Shown: positions 50,043-64,000 of the stretch, piece by piece | Layout: each line of letters starts with the position of its first letter | Numbering within the stretch: position 1 is the stretch's first letter | Assembly: GCA_964106645.2 (NCBI GenBank) | Contig: OZ067038.1 | Strand: one strand, 5' to 3' | Origin: Podarcis pityusensis | Lineage: Eukaryota | DNA length: 64,000 nt | The notes under the pieces: generated by a model | Seen by the model: only the letters and a program-made list of their open reading frames with translations | What the model was told of the DNA's origin: nothing | Databases searched by the model: none | Position numbers and translations under genes: made by a program

Positions 50043-51184
50043 CCTGACCCCTCCTCTCTCAGCAGTCCTTGGTGCGCCACAAAAAGCTTCTCCAAAGAAT
50101 CAAGGGACCCTGTTAAATGGGATGAGTTGTGGCACAGGAGGCTGTGGGGGAAGGAGAGACCCCTAAAACCCAGCAAAGAGACCTTCTGGGAACAGACCTC
50201 CCTTTCATGGAAGGTGCCGTCCCCGCTGCTGATAGCGAAGTCCCAGGTTTTGCAATTCCAACAGCCACAGCCACCCCATTCAGCAAGAAAGGCTTTGCAT
50301 AGGCTCAGCAGCAGACCACCGGAAGGAGGGGTTCACATTCTGACACCACCATCCCTTTGAGTGGTAATTTCTCTGAATCCAACCCTTTGATTTTAAAAAG
50401 TTGCAGAGCTCTTTTCAAACTCTGTTGAATGTCAGAATGCTAGCACTGCATTCCCTTTCTATCTACTTTACCAATATTAGCAAACAGATGGATTCCTGTT
50501 CTTTGTTTCTCTCCATGCCTCCTCATAGCCCTAGGCTACTTTTAAAATGGTTTTTTATTTATTTAAAGTACTACTAGATGAACTTTAAAATGTTTTCTGT
50601 TCCAATGCAGCAATTCCGGAAGCATTAATAATTTGCTGAAGAGAACACAATGTAAGTTGATGTACGTTTTACTTCATACTTTATGCTTTCTAATCATTTT
50701 GAGAAGTCTTCCCACAAGATACCCTCAAGCTCTTGGACAAAGGAACAAGTTACCTTGGAGAGTTTTAGAGCTGCTGTCTCTGGAGTATGTTAAGAAACGT
50801 CAAGAACCATCACATGGTTTATGTAATTTAGATACAGTGGAGAACAGCCTTTTCAAACTCTACTATCCAGTGTCTTGAGTCGAAAATTGTGGTATTGACC
50901 ACAATGCCACCCTAGGTGCCCTCCTAAAATGGTGCTGGTTTGTGGTTCAGATAAATAAAATATTTCATTTATAATCAATCCACTTAATTACAACTGCTTT
51001 AAATAAGTGCTATTTGTCTTCTTTGGCCTGGTTGAGACATGAGGCTGAGCCAAATCATGGCTATGCATGAACACAGAATTTGTGGCTACCATGATAGTTT
51101 CACTCCTCCCCTGGTCCTGCTACTGCCACACAATCCCAGAACTAAACCATGGTTCGGCTTAGCATTGTGTCCAAAATCAGGCTC

Positions 51185-51507
51185 TTTAAAAAAATAAATA
51201 AATCTTTATTAATTTAAATTACACACTTATACAAAGAATTTACAATCTCATACTACCAAAAGGAAATTAAAGAAAAAACAATTAAGAAAAAATAAAAGAA
51301 GAAAATACAGAAAAAAGAAAGAAGAAAAAGCAAATTTACGTACATAAAAAAAACCTTAATCTTCCTAATTAATACTTAAATAAACACTTAAATAAAAAAG
51401 ACTTCTGACAAAACGAGTCTTCCAATCATTCTCATTGTACTGTTTATACTGTCATTGTTTTTTTCTGCACAGTTTTATATTCTTTAATATTGTTTCTGTC
51501 TACACCA
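51185..51507 (-). mobile_element. Severely 5'-truncated L1-like 3' UTR insertion
   Basis: A-rich on the plus strand, with TTTATT near its left end; 13-bp TSD CAAAATCAGGCTC / CAAACTCAGGCTC (51172-51184 and 51508-51520). Confidence 0.7.
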
Positions 51508-53784
51508 CAAACTCAGGCTCATAGTTTGTCTTGTTCTAGGCAAGCCATGATTTGTAGCAAGGAAATGTTACAGAGAGCAGTTCTATATGTTCAACTATGT
51601 AAAAATCAAAGCTGTCACATGGGATAAAATATGATATTCTGAGAATCCCCTAGATGAGAACACATTCATGAGTCAAAATAACTATATCTTTATGGAGAGA
51701 AAAAAGCAAAGCAGATAGTTATTTTATAAGGAACATCAAATATTGGTTCTATCTGATATCCTAACCTAATATCACCAACTCCCCTCTTCAACAGGAATGC
51801 TAACCACCGGCCTTTTAAACAAGTAGCCTTCTCTTTCTCTCTCTCTCTAGGATCTCCTTGTTTCATATCTCTACAACTCTCTGGCCCAGTTCGCACGTAA
51901 CACTAAACCAAAATACAGCTTAGTAGTGGATACCGCAGCAGCAGGAATAAGGAAGGAGCACAGCAGCTGCGGTTGTCACTATAGGAATCTGCCCATTTGC
52001 TCATTCACACTAAACCATGGTTTGCCTTAGTAATATGTGCGAACTGGGATCCCAGGCAATCCATGGACCTTTGGGGATTTGTTTGCTTTTTGGTACGGAG
52101 AAGCATTTGATCACGTGAGCCTAGGCTGCAGAAGGAAGTGATAAGGTCAAGATACAGATTTATCACCTATGAAAGAACTAGGCCTGTGGGATCTCTTTTA
52201 TCTTTGTGCAGGGGTGTTATCCTATTTGCTTATCTTACAAGGATAATTAAAACTCTTACTCATGGACTCTTTCCCACAGATTAGAACAAACTCATGATTT
52301 CATACAACCCTATAAGAAGATCTTACATGCTAGCAAGTGAGAGACGTAATAGCCAGTTACAGCTTAGTCATTTCAGTGCCAGCAATGGATGCGAGCTAAG
52401 TTAGTCCCAAGGTCTCCTTCTTCTGCTCCCTTGGGTGTTGCACGTGCAACTCAGCTGAGATTTCATGAATAGGCACTTGGAGCGCAAAGCAACTGAAAAT
52501 GGCCTGGATCACTTTGTCCTGGAAGAGCTAGCATGGAGGTGGAGTACAAGAACCATCTGTGCTTCAAACATTGATGGCATATGAACAGTGGAGCCAGGTG
52601 CTTCTTTCCTGATTGTTGTTAGCACCAGGCACAATCTAGCAGGACTTTTCCGCTACCATGATTTTGCATAGCTCATTTCAATGGTGCTTGTGAGATAGAC
52701 GTTCTTGCGGGAATTGTGTTCATTTCATGCTAAGGGTAATAGCTACAGCCACAACCCAAGCCTCAGGATGTGTCTGATCTGAGAACCAAGTGAGAGGTTT
52801 TTAAATGTTGTGTTTTAAATGTTCCCCTTACATGGGAAAACAGTGGTGAAGTTACTTGTAACTTTAGGGAAATGTTAGGCAATAACTTCCTGGGGTAGTT
52901 TTTTATTAAAAAAACAAACAAACAACTCTATGCTTTTGCCAGCTAGCTTTACAGACAACCACAATAAAAATATTAAATGGCAATTAGATTAACATGACTG
53001 AGGTTTGAAAGTAAGACCAGGCTTCTCATCACAGTCAGTTTGCTAACCTGCTCCTTTCCAAAGGAACTATCAAAAAAATGAGAAGGTAATATTGTATGTG
53101 GATAATTTTCAATTGCTACAGAATTTCCTGGTTCTCTTTGCTTATCAGCAGATTGCCTATCTGGTTTATCTTATCTCTGGCTCCATTGAAGTTCCCCTTT
53201 GAACCCTTTGAACCGAATGCTCAACAGAGGATCTACAATCTAGCATGGTTGTCTAGCCTCTGTTTAAAGTGAAGGAGAACTGAGTACACACAAGATGGTC
53301 TGTTCCAATGTGGAAGAGCTCTTACCATTAGGAAGTTTCTCCAAATAGTTGGCTAAAATAAACAAGTGCAAGCTGTGAGTGCATAAATATTGCACTGTTC
53401 TAGCAAATTCCCTCAAGTGTGTGCTATCCAATAACTGAATAAAAAAAACAACTAGTGCACTTTTTATCAGAAGCAATCTGAATGATGTTATGCTATTTGT
53501 ATTGGGTGCTATCCTACTAACTCGTTCAGTCAGTGCAATTATTTTTGCTGGCGCGACAGAACCTCCTCCATTAGCCTCGCTGCACATGCTCTGTACCTTC
53601 CTCAAATCTGTTCTGGGAAGTTGGGAGAAACCCAGAACAGGTGCACAGGGAGAGGAGGGCGTTATGTTGAGCAAGGGGGAAACTTTGAACACCCAATGAA
53701 AGTAAAATTCTGGACCAGCAAAAGGAAATAATTCTTTATGCAATTCATAATTAACTTACACAACTCACTACCACAATATAGGTT

Positions 53785-54015
53785 AGGCCTGGTGGCTTTA
53801 AAATGGGATTAGACAAATTCATTAGCAGCTATTAACCGCAAGCTAAATGAAACCCACATGTTCAAAGGCAAGAAGCCTATAAATATCAAATGCTGAGGAC
53901 AAACCACGGAGGCCACTGACTTTGTGTTTCACTTGTTGACTACCCTGAAGCATCTTCCTGCACAATGACAGAAACAAGATTCTGGACTAGGTGGGCTTTT
54001 GATCTGATCTTGTAT
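53785..54015 (+). mobile_element. CR1 3' UTR fragment
   Basis: GGCTTTAAAATGGGATTAGACAAATTCAT...CTGGACTAGGTGGGCTTTTGATCTGATC. Other CR1 tails near 1-60, 58130-58340, 59190-59430 and 61995-62190. Confidence 0.65.
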
Positions 54016-54417
54016 TGCATATTTATGCATACAAAACACTGCCATATGGGTGGTGCATGGTTCCCATTTTCCTTTATATTTAGCAGCTCTATAGAAAAAA
54101 GAAACCTCACGCTGGGAAAGCAAGGCTAACAAAAGACTTCTGTCCATCAAGCTCCTTTAGAAATGCACACGCGTAAGAAAACAGTGAATACTATTTGAGG
54201 AGACATCTAAGTATAGAAGCTTGGCAAAATCCCAATGTTGTAATCTGTGCTTGGTAGCATTAATGGAATTGATTCTGTCAGCTTCTGGGAGTGGATTCTG
54301 TTCTCACTCAGTGGGTGACCATAAGCCACGATGTAGGCTTCAGCCTATACTCTATTCTGCAAACCTTGAGCCCATATTCTATCATGAATCCAAGAGAGTT
54401 GAAAAGAATTAACCTAA

Positions 54418-54558
54418 GGGATAGATCAGTTGGTAGAGCATGAGGCCCTTAATCTCAGGGAGGGGGGCGCTGAGCCTTATGTTGGATGAAAGATTCCTGC
54501 AGTGCAAGGGGTTGGACTAGATTATCCTTATTGCCCCTTCCCACTCTACAATTCTATG
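54418..54558 (+). mobile_element. tRNA-Lys-headed SINE (Squam3-like)
   Basis: GGATAGATCAGTTGGTAGAGCATGAGGCCCTTAATCTCAGGG...GGTTGGACTAGATTATCC...CTCTACAATTCTATG. Confidence 0.78.
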
Positions 54559-55187
54559 AAAGGGGGAAATGGTAAGTGTGGGGTAGCCAGTGAGGAAATG
54601 TCTCAAATATCCAGCTAAAGCAAGCCATATTTTCTTTCTGAAGTTAACCAGTACACTAAGGAGGTTACAGAGCACAGGTCACAGCCAAATAAGGCTGAAA
54701 GAGTCCACTGGCTTCTCAGAGCAGAGAGCAGGTCCTTCCTACCCTTAGAAAAATCCTCTCTGCAGTTTAGGACTGAATCAGAGCATGTGCATATTGCTAC
54801 ATTTGCAATAAATAGTAATGTGGAGGCTGGCAAAGTGGGAAGTGAGATTAAAGAATCACAGGATTCTGTGACCCCAGAGTAAGAATCCGCAGAAACTTTT
54901 GATTTGGTCATGACCACTGTCTCCAAGCGCTTTTGCAAGAGATGCTAAAAATATTTTTATTTTCTCTAATTGGCAATTTTTTTCCATTTGTGAATATGAG
55001 AAAGAGCAATTATAAGCTCAGATGAAAGCCCCATTCCCATCTGACTGAAAGAGCATTTCCAGGTCTGTGAACAGATGTGGACTTAAAAGACACACACATA
55101 TTTATTGATTGATTGATTGATTGATTGACACAAGGAAATTAGGATATAAGTGGTCTTCCTGGAGTGAAAAATGCCACACTGAAAAAT

Positions 55188-55188
<1 letters not shown>

Positions 55189-55222
<34 letters not shown>
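55189..55222. repeat. (GT)n microsatellite
   Basis: Directly visible; an (ATTG)n tract lies nearby at ~55104-55128. Confidence 0.95.
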
Positions 55223-55224
<2 letters not shown>

Positions 55225-55915
55225 CATAATTTAGTGTTTTTATTAGAACGTCAACATTTTAATGTGTATAACTTGGATCGGAATTAAAATTATAATCACA
55301 AAGGTGGTGATTAAACAGTTTAATGGAGCAAGCAAATGTGACTGCAAAGCACAAGAGGTTTTGAACCAGACTGTGGCAACAAGGGTCAAGTCAAGCGCCT
55401 TGCCCTTGATGGAACCATGGTAGCTTAACCAACAAGGGTAGGGCAGGGTGGGGGGAGCTGTTGACATGTTCCCTTCCAAGCTTAGAAGCCAAGAGGACAC
55501 CTGGTCCTATAAACCTTTGGATTCCCAGCAATGACAGGAGAGGAGGAGGAGGAGCAGCCAGAACAACTGCAGAGCAGACGGAACTTTTGCTGTATCTCCC
55601 TGCTCTGAATTTGCTGCTGCTATCTCTGCAATAGAGGAGACCCATTGGCATCATCCCTGGAAAAGGACCCTCACCATACTAATTTACAGCAGCCAGTCTT
55701 GACACCGAACTTCTGGGTGGAAAGTTAAATAATAAAAAAATACAAAGCAGGAACACTGGGCGGGGGGGGGGGGCTGGTGCTGGCTCTTCCAAGTTAGGGA
55801 TTCCTGGACCAAGAAGAGGAATATCAGTGTTTGAGCTTTTATTTTTCTCTGCGAGAATATAGATTTGTTTTTTGTACTGCTAAGGCTGTTATCACTGTTA
55901 TTGGGGGAGGGAAGG

Positions 55916-55916
55916 C

Positions 55917-55947
<31 letters not shown>

Positions 55948-55951
55948 CGCG
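55916..55951. repeat. (GT)n(GC)n alternating purine-pyrimidine tract
   Basis: GCGTGTGT...GTGCGCGCGCGCGCG; Z-DNA-prone composition. Confidence 0.9.
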
Positions 55952-58900
55952 TTACATGGAATGTAAACCTTATATATGGTTTTGTTTTTGTTTTTGCTAA
56001 TCTATTTTACAAGGTATTTTTGTCTATGTTCTTCAGTGTAAGTTGCTAGGAGATCTGTTAGGTGATAAGATGCCAATAAGTTTAATAATTAATTATAATT
56101 AATTAAATTTCTAAACCACCTTCACCTGAGGACCCACGGGGCCCATTTCAATATAAACAAACAAAAATACACAGTACAATACTGAACAAAAACAATAGCC
56201 TCCCAATAATTTAAAAGGCCATAGATTGTTTAATTGGCCAAAGGCTAATATTATTAATTTCACACTGGCTCCTCAACCTGAGGCTGTGTACACAATACCA
56301 TTTACTCCAGCTCCAGTGTGCTTCCACCGATGGTGCTTGAAGTTGTGCACACATGACAACAGCTACACTCCATAACTATTCTGCAGTCTCTCAAGAAATA
56401 CTGCTAACTAATGTGTCTTCCCTCGTACCACCTCCTGTCCGATTTGAAAACATAAGCCTCACAAACTGCACAGTTAAGCTGAGGTGTGTACATTTCAGAC
56501 AACCGCTGCACATGTGCAGACCAAAGCGTATGTGCGGATGACAACTTCATGAATGGGAGTCCAGGGGGTTGCAGGTGCAGGGATACCCAACACGTAATGT
56601 ACATCAGGTGAAGACATCCTCTCTCTCTCTCTCTCTGGTGTGTACAGCAACATGCCAATGCAACTTGAAACACAACAAAGTGTAACAACCTTGCTGTGTT
56701 TTAAGTCGCTAATGTGGATACAGCCTGAATAACTTGCTCCTTTGGTACGGAAAGGGCTACTTGCAGACTCCAAACTTATCAACCTAATTACTAGGTGATG
56801 GGACCGCCTACCACTTTCCAAACTCCTTTATCTACCTGGGTCACACTGCACAGTTAAAGCACACTTACTCCATTTTTAGCAGTCATGGAGAGTCCTGGGA
56901 ACTGCAGCTTCTTAAAGTTACTGGGAACTATAGATCCGTGAGGTCAGTGCTCCTAGCATACTACAGTTTCCAGGATTCTTTGGGGGAAACTATGCCTGTT
57001 AAAGAGTGCTTTGAATGTATGGTGTAGATGTGGCGGGTCAGTATCTGCTTGTCTCTTTATCTTCAGCTCTACTAGTGATAAAAGCGATGTTTTGGTTTTT
57101 CCCTCTTTCTCTGTAAACATTATGTATATACCAGTAAAACTGGGCTACGCTAAATATATTCATTTATAACACAGATCAAGGCATCACCAAACCAGAAGAA
57201 GATAGGTAACTTTTCAAAGTCACATATAATAATTATTTTTACTGCAATGCACTTTGTTGTCTCAACACCCAGGCACAAATAATAACCTATGCATTCACAA
57301 GGTATAAGTATCTACAGGAAAACCACTGTGGATGAGGACTTGAGCACTGTTTGCGTGATGGGGAAATTACCTTCCTGCCTGCTTAGGCACCGCCTTATGT
57401 TCTTGTGTCAGTCGTGTCTCTCAACAACTTTTGTGCTCATGAAAACCTTCTGACATGGCACAGTCTTCAGATCTGGCAAACCACTGCAGTTTTTGCACAG
57501 CAGAACTGAAATATACTTTTAAGCTCCCCATTTCTTACCTGGCTTTGTGCAGTTCATTTCTTCATGTGACTCATTATTTGATGCCATCAATCTTCTATTC
57601 CTCCATAACTCTGACAGGATATTTCTGTCGACAAGAGTTGATTCTTGTCCTGTATAAAAAGACAAACACAGTATTTGCACCGGCAAAAATAAAAATAAAA
57701 ATGCTGTCCCTAGATATCTATATATTTAAATTTTCACTAGATCAGCCTGCCCCAATCTGGACTCCAACTCCCATCAGCTTTCAGACAGCATGGTCAATGT
57801 TCAGGGTAGATGGGAGATGTAGTCCAGCAACATCCACTGGCTGCGTTAAGATAAAGGTTCTCTGTGACTAAAGCAAAGCTTGGCATCTTCTGTTGGTAAA
57901 CAACACATTATATAAGGGTTGATGCATACCGGAAAACAAGCTGTGCTAAGGGGAAAGAGCCATTTTGGTATAATGGTATGAGTACTGAACTCTGGCTGAG
58001 GAAATCTGTAATAATCCTGATTATAATGCAAGTCTGAAAAACCTAACATTATATATATATCTAATGTTCAAGTCAGGCGACATGAAACTGAGGCCAGCAA
58101 TCCCACTAAAAGCAAGCCAAGCCACACAGAACAAGCATTAAGAGCTCTGCAAGACCAAACGAAAGGCGTACGTGGTCCATTCTCTTTTCACAGTGGCCTA
58201 GCTATGGGAAGCCTGCAAAGAGGATGTGCATGCAATACCACTCTCCCCACTTGTGTTCCCCAGCAACTGGTATTCAGAGGCATATTGCCTCTGAATCAGG
58301 TGAAACCATCAAGGCATGGATAGCCTTGTCCTCCATGAATGGTGGCCTGTGGAAGTTCTACACACCAAAACACATTTGAACGGAGAGAAAACGGATTTTC
58401 AGTTCCAACCAGGAAAGGCAGTTCAAACACAGGCCATTTTACATAATAAGCACTGTGTGGAAATTCCTTTTCAACAATTCTTCAATCAGGAAAGAGAAGG
58501 GTTCATTGGAAGACACGGAGTTACCAATTGTTTGCAGACTGTAAAGTGGATATGCTTCATATACCAGATAAGATTTAAAGTTTATCATTCTTGAACTAAA
58601 TGCACCATATAAGTTATTTAGATTGCAAACACACCAGTTTGTCCCAGAGTAGATTACCTGCAATAACCTTATCATGATCACTTGGTGCTCCAATCTTAGA
58701 TAACTATGCAAATGTCTGGCAGTGAATAAAAAAGAAGTTTGCGTTGCAAGTAATATCAGATTGAAAGAGAAAATAAATGAATTGAAAGAGAAAATCGACT
58801 TGGAAATATGCCCCTTGACAAATGGCAAAACTGACAACAGTGGTCTCAGAGCAGTTTTCTTGGCTAGCCACATGAATCTAGACTTGCCACTTTTCTTATA

Positions 58901-60617
58901 AATGTATACATTAGCAAGATCAGCGAGTTGCTTCCCAAGCTAAGGCAGTGTGTTAGCTTTCAGACTTGCTCTCCCTTCATGCATCAGCTGATGGCTGATG
59001 TGGGTTTAAAGATGTTTATGGCCCCTAACAGATTACCCTTAAGGGGAATGTGGCCCTCTACGGAAGAAAACACCCTCCTCTGTGGAACGCATCTATCCCT
59101 AACCTGGAGTGGAGGGAGAAGTTCAAAAACTATAGCAAAACTGACTGGGTGGGGAAGATGTAGTGGTGACAATTAAGTGTCTGCTGCACCAGGCCAGTGG
59201 CCCCTCTAGTCCAGCTTCCTGTTCTCACAGTGGCCAACCAGCAACTGGTACTCAAAAGCATTCAGTACTGCCTCCAACAGTGGATGAAAAACATATTATC
59301 CATCACAGCTAGTAGCCACTGGTCGCCTAACCCCTCATTAGTTTTTCTAACCCTCTTCCAAAACCATCCAAATTGGTGGCAAGAAGCCAATTCCGTAGTT
59401 TAACTACGTACTGTGTGAAAAAGTACATTCTTCCAACATTGCACTACCCAAAAAGTCTCAGCTTCCCTCATTCAAACTGTACCCAAAAAACCAAACATGA
59501 AGAACTTTGTCCCCCCCCCCCTTTTTATAACAGCCTAGAAAAATGCATTTGCTATTAACGCCATGACAGCTCCATCAAACCACCTCTTCCACTGTTAAAA
59601 TATTACATCTGCCTTCATTCTCTCTTTCTTCAGCAACAATATGGGCTTGGTCCTTAGGTACTAGATATGTTTTTGTATCATCGTCCTTTTGGGGGCTTGC
59701 AGATTCTCAGGGGGCAAAGGTTTATTACATTACGATCGGTACAGAAGGAAGATTCACGATTAAACGTATCGTTCAAGTGACCTTCTTTCCGATAAGGAAA
59801 CTGTGGACCCAATAAAATATGAAATGCTCCAACAGACCATAGAGTTCAAGGCTCTAAACCAGCACTCTCCCTGTTTTTGCATGAGGTTGCCCTTTATAGA
59901 TATTCAGAAGTTTTTGCTAGTGCAGATTTTGCAGGTTTGCTTTCTTCCTGAAAGGGAGGGGGAGGAATACAAACATCAGCATCTGTGCTCCCTCCCTCTA
60001 ATACTCTCTTTTTTAAAAAAAACCAACAACCTATAGTTTATTCAAGTTCTCATATTATTACAATAGAACAGAATGCTCCTTCCACTCCTCCTCCTTCATT
60101 AAAGTATTTTCATGCCTGGTATTCAGTTGCTTAGAGCCCAACCCTCCAACTAGACTGGGATCAAAACAAAACCGCTCTGAAACAAGAAGGAGCTATCGCC
60201 TTGCTCAGGTATCTTAATGCACAAGTACACTTTTTTTAAAAAGAGGGGAGCAAAATACCCCAAAAAAACCAAGCCCAATATAGACACAGCATGCTCAGTG
60301 TTCAGCAGAAGCCACAGAATGTTAAGAGTTAGCTGGAAGCCAACAGAAAACTCTTGACTGGCTAACTTGAGCCTCTCCCAGTTTATATATTCTGGAAGAA
60401 AGCATGGCTGGTTGCTGGAAAACTGAACAGGAGCACTCCTGTAAGGGACCAAAGGCAAAATGCAACATTTTCTTTGCCGGTTCCACTTTATTTATTTATT
60501 TTAAATATATATACTGCTTAATTGTAAGTAAAACCGCTTGTGACTCATTATCATTCAAGATTAACTGAAGTCTGATTCTAACTTCTTTCCATTGTTTTGA
60601 CCCTGCCTACTTAGAAG

Positions 60618-60746
60618 GCTTAGTCATGCTGGCCACATGACCCGGAAGCTGTACGCCGGCTCCCTCAGCCAATAAAGCGAGATGAGCGCCGCAACCCCAG
60701 AGTCAGCCACGACTGGACCTAATGGTCAGGGGTCCCTTTACCTTTA
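60618..60746 (+). mobile_element. 5'-truncated Sauria SINE
   Basis: GCTTAGTCATGCTGGCCACATGACCCGG...GGGGTCCCTTTACCTTTA; degenerate TSD CCTACTTAGAAG / CTTATTTAGAAG. Confidence 0.88.
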
Positions 60747-60767
60747 CTTATTTAGAAGCAACTCAAA

Positions 60768-60927
60768 TCACAGATTTGCAGAGTTGGAAGGAACCACGAG
60801 GCTCATCTAAGTCCAACCTCCTGCAATGCTTTCTTTCACTCAACATGAATCTTTCACTCAATGTGAGGCTCAAACCCACAACCCTGGGATTAAGAGTCTC
60901 ACGTTTTACCCAACTGAGCTACTCCCA
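60768..60927 (-). mobile_element. tRNA-Lys-headed SINE (Squam3-like)
   Basis: Minus strand reads TAGCTCAGTTGGGTAAAACGTGAGACTCTTAATCCCAGGGTTGTGGGTTTGAGCC...CCTTCCAACTCTGC. Confidence 0.78.
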
Positions 60928-61504
60928 GGTAAATGGGGTTGGAGTGCGGCTTTAGGCATTTAACCAACCTCCTCCTTGTTGTCCCATCAAAAAATGTCTA
61001 AAGCCACTCAACAGTGCCCTCTTAACAAAACCATATGTTCTCCAAAGTAGAACAGCAAGAGAATGCGTAGGGAAGTCCATAGTTATTGCCATGTGAGTGG
61101 AGAAGTTGTGTACCTTGCTACTGAAATTCCCTTTGTCTGGAGACTAACAAAAGCCAGACAATTTCTGGAATTATTTACTGTCCACACTTAAAGTTTAGGG
61201 GCATGGCCAAATGGGGTTTTAGCAAAGTGTTTTGATCAAATAGCTACAAAAACTGGATACTTATCCTACTGATACCTGTCTCTGCCTTGTTTTCCTAGGG
61301 ATGGCATAGTGCAGGGATACTTATATATGAAGTACTAATAATACATTACATTCAAATAGCAAATTTTGGTGTCCAAAATGCTTTATGCACATATCTCAGT
61401 AAGCCTTGCAACGACCCTGTAAGGTAGATCAGTGTTATCACATACACACATCCATATTAATAATAATAATAGTCTTGAAAGAATAATGGAAGGACCGAAG
61501 GCAA

Positions 61505-61710
61505 GGGACCATAGGTCAACAAGTAGAGCACCTATTCTGCAAGCAGTCCCCAAGTTCAGTCCCTGGCATCTCCAGATAAGAGGATCAGATGGCAATGTGA
61601 CATGAAAAGCCTCTGCCTGGTGCCCTGGGGGAGCCACTACTCATCAGTGTAGGCAATACTGCACCACAATGACAAACAAGTCTTTATTTTGTCAGGCAGC
61701 TTTCTAAGTA
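61505..61710 (+). mobile_element. tRNA-derived SINE with CR1-like tail (family of 31015-31608)
   Basis: GTCCCCAAGTTCAGTCCCTGGCATCTCCAG...CAGTGTAGGCAATACTG...AGGCAGCTTTCTA. Confidence 0.65.
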
Positions 61711-63789
61711 TCCTGAGCGTTTGTGGCAGAGGTAAAATTTGAACCCATAGCTGTCTCCTTTAGGCAACAAGGCAGAGCAGATTTCAGGGAACTAAAGCTG
61801 GCAAAAGGGAGGCATGGATCTGCAGAGAAGAGGTCTGAGAAAACTGGACAAAACCTTCAGAGAAGGACATCTTTATGTTACCCTTAATCCTAATCCTTAA
61901 TTCACTGTGCATGTTGCCTTTCAGTTACACTACTGAGAACTGAAAGGTGATTTTTTAAAAAGCAGAATTTGGTATGTGGCTTCGCTTGCTTGAACGTAAG
62001 AGGAGCCCTGATGGATCAGGCCAAAGGCACCTCTACTCCAACTCTCTGTTCACAAAGCAGGCAAATGGATGCCTATGGGAAGCCTGCAACAGGAGATGCA
62101 TGCAACAGTGCTCTTCTACCTTGTGATTCCCAGCAACTGTTATTCACAGGCATGCTACCTCCAACCACTGTTGGAACGACATAGCCGTCATTCTGCATCC
62201 TCCATAATGTGTGGGGTCACTTGCCAGAGGGCTGTTGGGTTTGCCTTCTGTTTGAGCACCCTCTGCCCTTTGCTTGTTAAGGTGACCCATTAATGATCTA
62301 TGGCCCGGGAGAGGACCCAAAATCCAGAAGTTGCCTTTTCATTTGATTCGGGGACTTTCTGATTTACAGCTCACCCTGATGTAACACAATCCTATGCATG
62401 TTCACTTGAAATTAAGTCCTATTAACTTCAGTTACTCCAGCTAAGAGTGTATATGATGCCCCATCCTTGGCCGTGAAGCTGTGCCAGCTTTTAACAGGGG
62501 AAGCCACAGAAGGAATATTTATCTTTCCCAATGGCAACGCACGTCTACTTCCTGGTGTGGCTTTTGACGCTGTACTTCCCCAGCACCTGCTGTTAGCATC
62601 AGGATAAGTAGCACAGCCATGGCTAAGCTAAGGAGGCCTGCCAACACAGTCCTCACAGGTCATTCCTTTAATAACTACCTGGGCCCTGGCAGACTAATGT
62701 TTGGAACAGCCTGCTTTTCTGGCAACAAAGGGAGGAGCCACCGCACCTGCCAAACTGACTCTCTCATTAAAGGAACAGGAGTCCCATTGGTGGGGGAAGG
62801 GGAGGAAGTAGCGCTACAGCAAAGGTGGTGAGATGTCCATTTATTTAAGAGCCTATTGTATTTCTGTAGTTCGGGAACACCTGCTTTCTGATTTGACCCT
62901 GCTTTGTCAAACTCTACAGAACAGAGAGCAAAATTCCTTGGTTCCTTCCCCCACCTCCACTCCATCCCCATGTTGATCTGGCAACCCTTGTTCTAATCTG
63001 CCCATTTTGGAATTACTGTTCTAAGCCTACAGCAAGCAGCACAGCAGGCAAACAGAAAATATTTCAGCGGGGGTTTTTTGCATCAACTCAGCTTGCAAGG
63101 CAGGAATGAAGCACATTAGATCGGCAGCAGCATTTTCCAGCAAAATCTCTCTTTCTCTGCTGAAAGTTGTCAGTTGGGGCTGTAGCTTTTATGCAACATA
63201 TAATAAATGGGACACAAAGTCATCAGGTTCTCTTCCTCATCAGGTTTGTTCTGTTCTTCCTACATTTCCAAACTAATACTTAGCCACAGTCATTCGCACA
63301 TTATATTTATTAGTCATAAAAAAAATCACTCCTAAAATGGGATCCCACGTCCCAGGGAAATATAATGTTCTGTTTCAGAAATGTTCCATCTACTCATCAT
63401 CTCCAGATCTGACTCTGGAATTCACAGGTATGGAATCAGTTTGAATGCACAAGTCACAGGACTGTTGCAAAACTGAGTGTACATGAGTTTATACGGATAT
63501 GCTGTTGTTTTTTCCTAGATGGAAGTTCGTTCCTCTATGAAAAAAATGTACACAAATCTGCCTTGTATTGCTGGTAGCTAATCCTTAACCATTTCCTCAG
63601 ATATTCAGGAGCAATCTCACCCTTATGAACTTATAAGCATGAAGCATTATCCCATGGGTGACAAAGGATGCAATCCTAAACATACTTGCTCAGGAGTAAA
63701 TCTCATGGACTCTTCTGAGTAAGCATAGCATAGGATTTCACCGCAAGCAGGACCTAAGAACTGCCTGACACTTCACTATTCCTACTGGC

Positions 63790-64000
63790 AGAAGATTCGG
63801 GACAAAAGTCGGGGGGGGAGCACTTCGTCACACAATAGTGTAATTCACTTGTGGAACTCATTGCCACAAGATGTACTAGTGACATCCATTAGCTTCAATG
63901 GCTTTAGAGCGGGGGAAGATGGCAAATCCACTGAAGAGAAAGCTGAGAATGACCCTAGTTAGATGGGCTGTACAGCTTCCAGAGGCACTTTTGCTTTTGA
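63790..64000 (+). mobile_element. Old CR1 3' fragment
   Basis: CTTCGTCACACAA...TGTGGAACTCATTGCCACAAGATGT...GGCTTTAGAG (WNSLPQDV motif). Confidence 0.7.

Noticed and set aside
53264-53743. 159-aa ORF (likewise 40366-40932, 46442-46996, 54615-54938, 58439-58873)
   Set aside because: No recognisable domain, non-ATG starts or microsatellite/TE overlap, and no supporting splice structure; consistent with chance ORFs.

Overview
Eukaryotic (vertebrate) genomic DNA, almost certainly a squamate reptile and probably a lacertid lizard, judged from Sauria/POM-type SINEs, a full-length Bov-B (RTE) LINE, L2, CR1 and tRNA-headed SINEs. I recognise no host protein-coding gene: the only convincing ORFs are retrotransposon remnants. 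The window looks like a repeat-rich intron or intergenic stretch, with several repeat-free blocks that may be conserved non-coding elements. Main points: (1) a complete 3.2 kb Bov-B whose single 1034-codon frame is broken only by four nonsense changes, with a Tigger-like MITE inserted into its target-site duplication (TSD); (2) a 2.1 kb L1-like element with an intact 5' end, poly(A) and 14-bp TSD but no ORF2, i.e. a candidate non-autonomous half-L1-like family, nested in a Tc2-like transposon; (3) a truncated Bov-B whose 5' junction forms a 46-bp fold-back that copies flanking DNA; (4) an ORF-less RTE-like element with a possible decayed HDV-like ribozyme, and a Penelope-like terminus with a broken hammerhead core; (5) several solo LTRs with 5-bp TSDs; (6) a three-copy diverged ~200-bp tandem array with an invariant 18-mer; (7) a minus-strand bias of retroposons, suggesting an intron of a plus-strand transcript. 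Family names come from motif recognition, not database searches.
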